A model generated the notes under the pieces. It was given only the letters and a program-made list of their open reading frames with translations. It made no database searches and was not told the DNA's origin. Made by a program: the position numbers and the translations under genes. A stretch of 64,000 nt of DNA, taken from contig JAHPZH010000005.1 of assembly GCA_019058315.1 (NCBI GenBank), positions 160,001-224,000 of the forward strand, read 5' to 3'. Shown piece after piece: positions 61,477-64,000 of the stretch (within the stretch, counting starts at the first letter, position 1; the number at the start of each line of letters is the position of its first letter). Origin of the DNA: Candidatus Helarchaeota archaeon. Lineage in GTDB: Archaea; Asgardarchaeota; Lokiarchaeia; Helarchaeales; RDOG01.

Positions 61477-62619
61477 ATGGTGTTAAAAATAGCTTTTTCT
61501 GTCCCCTCAGAACTTATTCAAATCTATGTTTCACTTGGTTCGATCCCTTTAAATTGGACATTGGCTGTTTTTATTGGAATTATTTCAACCATCTCGATGT
61601 GTATTTCATCTTTAATAAGTTTCTATCAATTATATAAGAATCGATATCGTTTTCTTGTTATCATGACGTTTATGTGGCTTTTAACCGTTGTATGGTGTTT
61701 AAGTCTAACAATGTCATTCCTATTTTTATCGGTTCCATTCTTCATATTAGCAGGCTATTCTCTTGCTTTAATTGGTTTTTTTTTAATTCTTACATATGAT
61801 TTGATTAATGGAGAGTCCATTAACGTAATTAAAATAGTAATTTTAACAATTTTATCAACCTCGGCATTTTTTGTTTCTTTCGATTACAATTCCTTTTATT
61901 TTACCATTTTTCCTAATGGTGACATTGGATTACTTGTGGGAGGAAATATGAGATTAATATTAACTTTATTAACAGCTGTGATAGGTATATTCAGTGCTTA
62001 TTATACACTAAAAATTTATTTAAATGCACCTAAAAAGTTGAAATTTTACTCTCGCCTTATTTTAATAGGTGGAATACTTTTTGGAGTTGTAGCACCCATT
62101 TCTATAGTATTGGGTTTTCATTTAATATTTCCTATGTCCCACCTGCTAATTTTTACAATTGGAACTTCACTTTTTTCAATCTCATTTGCTTTACAACCTC
62201 AATTAGCATTTATTTTGCCATTTAAAGTATTGCGATTAACGGTCATTCACACAAAAACGGGAATTTCACTTTTTTCCAATATTTGGAGTTTAGAGGATGA
62301 CATAATTGATGATAGTCTTTTTTCGGGAATGTTAAATGGTATTAGTTTGTTTTTAAATGAAGCATTAAAAAAAGGTAATCTTCGTGAAATAAATCTAGAA
62401 AATGCAATACTTCTAACAAAAAGAAGTGAAAAAAATCCAGTTGCATGCGTGCTTGTTGCAACTAACTCAACCCATTCACTGAGAACCGCCCTTAATTCTT
62501 TTGCAAACGAATTTTTTAAAAAATACTCGGAATATTTTGATGATGTAATAGATTTAGAAAATTTTAAATCTGCAAATGAATTGGTTGAAAATAAATTCTC
62601 TTTCATTCCTGAATATTAA
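61477..62619 (+). CDS. ~7 TM membrane protein fused to a C-terminal longin-like domain (paralog of 51150-52232)
   Basis: PQLAFILPFKVLRLTVI..TGISLF...LFSGMLNGI...REINL...ACVLV...FIPEY. Confidence 0.8.
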   Translation: MVLKIAFSVPSELIQIYVSLGSIPLNWTLAVFIGIISTISMCISSLISFYQLYKNRYRFLVIMTFMWLLTVVWCLSLTMSFLFLSVPFFILAGYSLALIGFFLILTYDLINGESINVIKIVILTILSTSAFFVSFDYNSFYFTIFPNGDIGLLVGGNMRLILTLLTAVIGIFSAYYTLKIYLNAPKKLKFYSRLILIGGILFGVVAPISIVLGFHLIFPMSHLLIFTIGTSLFSISFALQPQLAFILPFKVLRLTVIHTKTGISLFSNIWSLEDDIIDDSLFSGMLNGISLFLNEALKKGNLREINLENAILLTKRSEKNPVACVLVATNSTHSLRTALNSFANEFFKKYSEYFDDVIDLENFKSANELVENKFSFIPEY

Positions 62620-62813
62620 TTAATAATTTATCCTTATTTTGATAAAAATTTGTTTGATAGCTCTTTCATTTTAAAAATTCAAAATCTATATAATTTTTTC
62701 TATCAATCCTTTTGTGTTTCTTATTAAAACTCATTTTATTGAAATAATTTTTTTAAGAGTATTAATCAGATTTTATTTACCAATAAAAGAAGATATTTTT
62801 AAATGGTGATTAA

Positions 62814-63408
62814 ATGGCAAAAGGAACAGTTATAGGTATTATTATAGCATTAATAGCAGGTGCGACTATAGGAGTTTATGTCTCAAACACATATCTAAGT
62901 CAAGCTAAAACAACATATTTTCCTTTGGATATTTTTTCCAAATGAAGAAGGACGAATTGTAAATCAAAATTTTACCACTCTTCGAACTCTAGCAGTTATA
63001 GACGATACCGATAAAAATTATGAGGACATGCCAGATACATCAGTTTCAATTACGACTTCTGGTTCATCATATCTATATATAAGTTTCACTGCACATTCTA
63101 TACTTCATATTGCAAACGGTTATAGTGGAATTGTACAATTTAATATCACTCTTGTATTGAATGATGTTAATTATTTAATTACAGCAGGAGTAGAGTATTA
63201 CAGAGGCAGTTCTGAAACTTATATACTTGAATTTTCAGATTCTATTGCTATGGAATATGTTACTGACACTTTGGCAGCAGGTACGTATACTATCAAGGTA
63301 ATTTGGGCCTCGAAGTATGATTTAGGTTCTGGAATTAATCAATTAATTGTATGTAGTCCAAATGGCAATTATTCTCGCACCTTATTAGTCCAAGAGATTC
63401 ATACCTAA
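62814..63408 (+). pseudogene. Frameshifted membrane-anchored/secreted protein (~197 aa if repaired)
   Basis: GGTGAT SD and ATG at 62814 give MAKGTVIGIIIALIAGATIG..., which stops at TGA 62943-62945. Removing one T from the T6 run at 62932-62937 joins it in frame to the open frame containing ORF 63028-63408. Confidence 0.7.
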
Positions 63409-63652
63409 TTTTTTATTTTTTATTAAATTACCCTACAAACTTTTTTTTTACTGATCAAATAATAGATCATTCTAACCATTAGATACTATTTTTTACTAGG
63501 GAAGTCATTAATTAAAAAGCAATTTAATGTTTCTCATAATTAAACTAAGTTAAAAAAAAAATCTGTTCTTTTCATATTATCAATTGATTTATATATTACC
63601 ATTGATATTACAAAAAGGATTTCTATCGTTTATATAAAAGGAACGAACTAAA

Positions 63653-64000
63653 ATGATATCTTTATATGGATTTGAATATTCATGGCATAGATTTTTAGGT
63701 ATTTCTGCTTTGAGTGATCCACTGGAGATGATAGGTCTATTAATAGTATTCGCGATTTTAGCCATAGTAATATTTATAACTAGACAAGTATATAAAATGT
63801 ACAAACAGCTTAGAGATACTCCTACATTATCATGGTTTATACACTATATTACTCTATTATTCGCTAATATCTCTTTAATTATGGAAAAACTTAGTTTTTC
63901 GAGCTTAGGTTTGCTGTATTTCGGATATCTTATGGCGATAATTGCATTTATATTAACCAGTATCGCAATTATTGCTATTAATTACTTTGCGTTTTATATG
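63653..64000 (+). CDS. Multi-pass membrane protein, truncated by the window end
   Basis: Open frame MISLYGFEYSWHRFLG...EMIGLLIVFAILAIVIF...; at least three TM segments. Confidence 0.75.
   Translation, partial: MISLYGFEYSWHRFLGISALSDPLEMIGLLIVFAILAIVIFITRQVYKMYKQLRDTPTLSWFIHYITLLFANISLIMEKLSFSSLGLLYFGYLMAIIAFILTSIAIIAINYFAFYM

Noticed and set aside
62943-62945. TGA after the 62814 ORF as a second selenocysteine codon
   Set aside because: Read-through ends after about 22 codons at TAA, and no AUGA/GA SECIS-like hairpin was seen downstream. A +1 frameshift explains the locus better.
2189-63804. Short antisense or overlapping ORFs in the track (e.g. 2189-2404, 9041-9256, 24899-25183, 39973-40272, 47880-48218, 52896-53234, 56952-57335, 62247-62606, 63589-63804)
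   Set aside because: They overlap well-supported genes on the opposite strand or in another frame and show no recognisable motifs; treated as shadow ORFs.

Overview
AT-rich archaeal DNA, most likely from an Asgard archaeon (Lokiarchaeia/Helarchaeales-like). This is inferred from several longin/roadblock-domain fusions, a Rab-like GTPase fold and a eukaryote-type SECIS. The window opens with housekeeping genes (guaA fragment, hisF, hisH, rhomboid, macrodomain) and then runs through about 50 kb of paralog-rich, apparently lipid/isoprenoid-related genes: three CrtI/COG1233-like FAD oxidoreductases, a geranylgeranyl-reductase-family enzyme, acyl-CoA dehydrogenase, a CrtC/AttH-like protein, two SCP2-like proteins, an HTH-V4R regulator, a UroD/MtaA-family plus corrinoid pair and four tandem MFS transporters. 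Main discoveries: (1) a gene missing from the ORF track at 26051-26374 (-), a 107-aa HesB/IscA-like protein with an in-frame TGA in an S-U-C motif, followed immediately by a eukaryote-like SECIS (25979-26049), i.e. a likely selenoprotein; (2) six paralogs of an unrecognised ~400-440 aa family with invariant enzyme-like motifs; (3) a shared GGTNLL C-terminal anchor motif on two unrelated secreted proteins; (4) a longin plus five MIT-like repeat protein; (5) a degenerate Rab-like pseudo-GTPase preceded by a 19-bp-period palindromic operator array. No rRNA, tRNA, CRISPR array or intact mobile element was seen. All family assignments were made by eye from motifs, without database searches.
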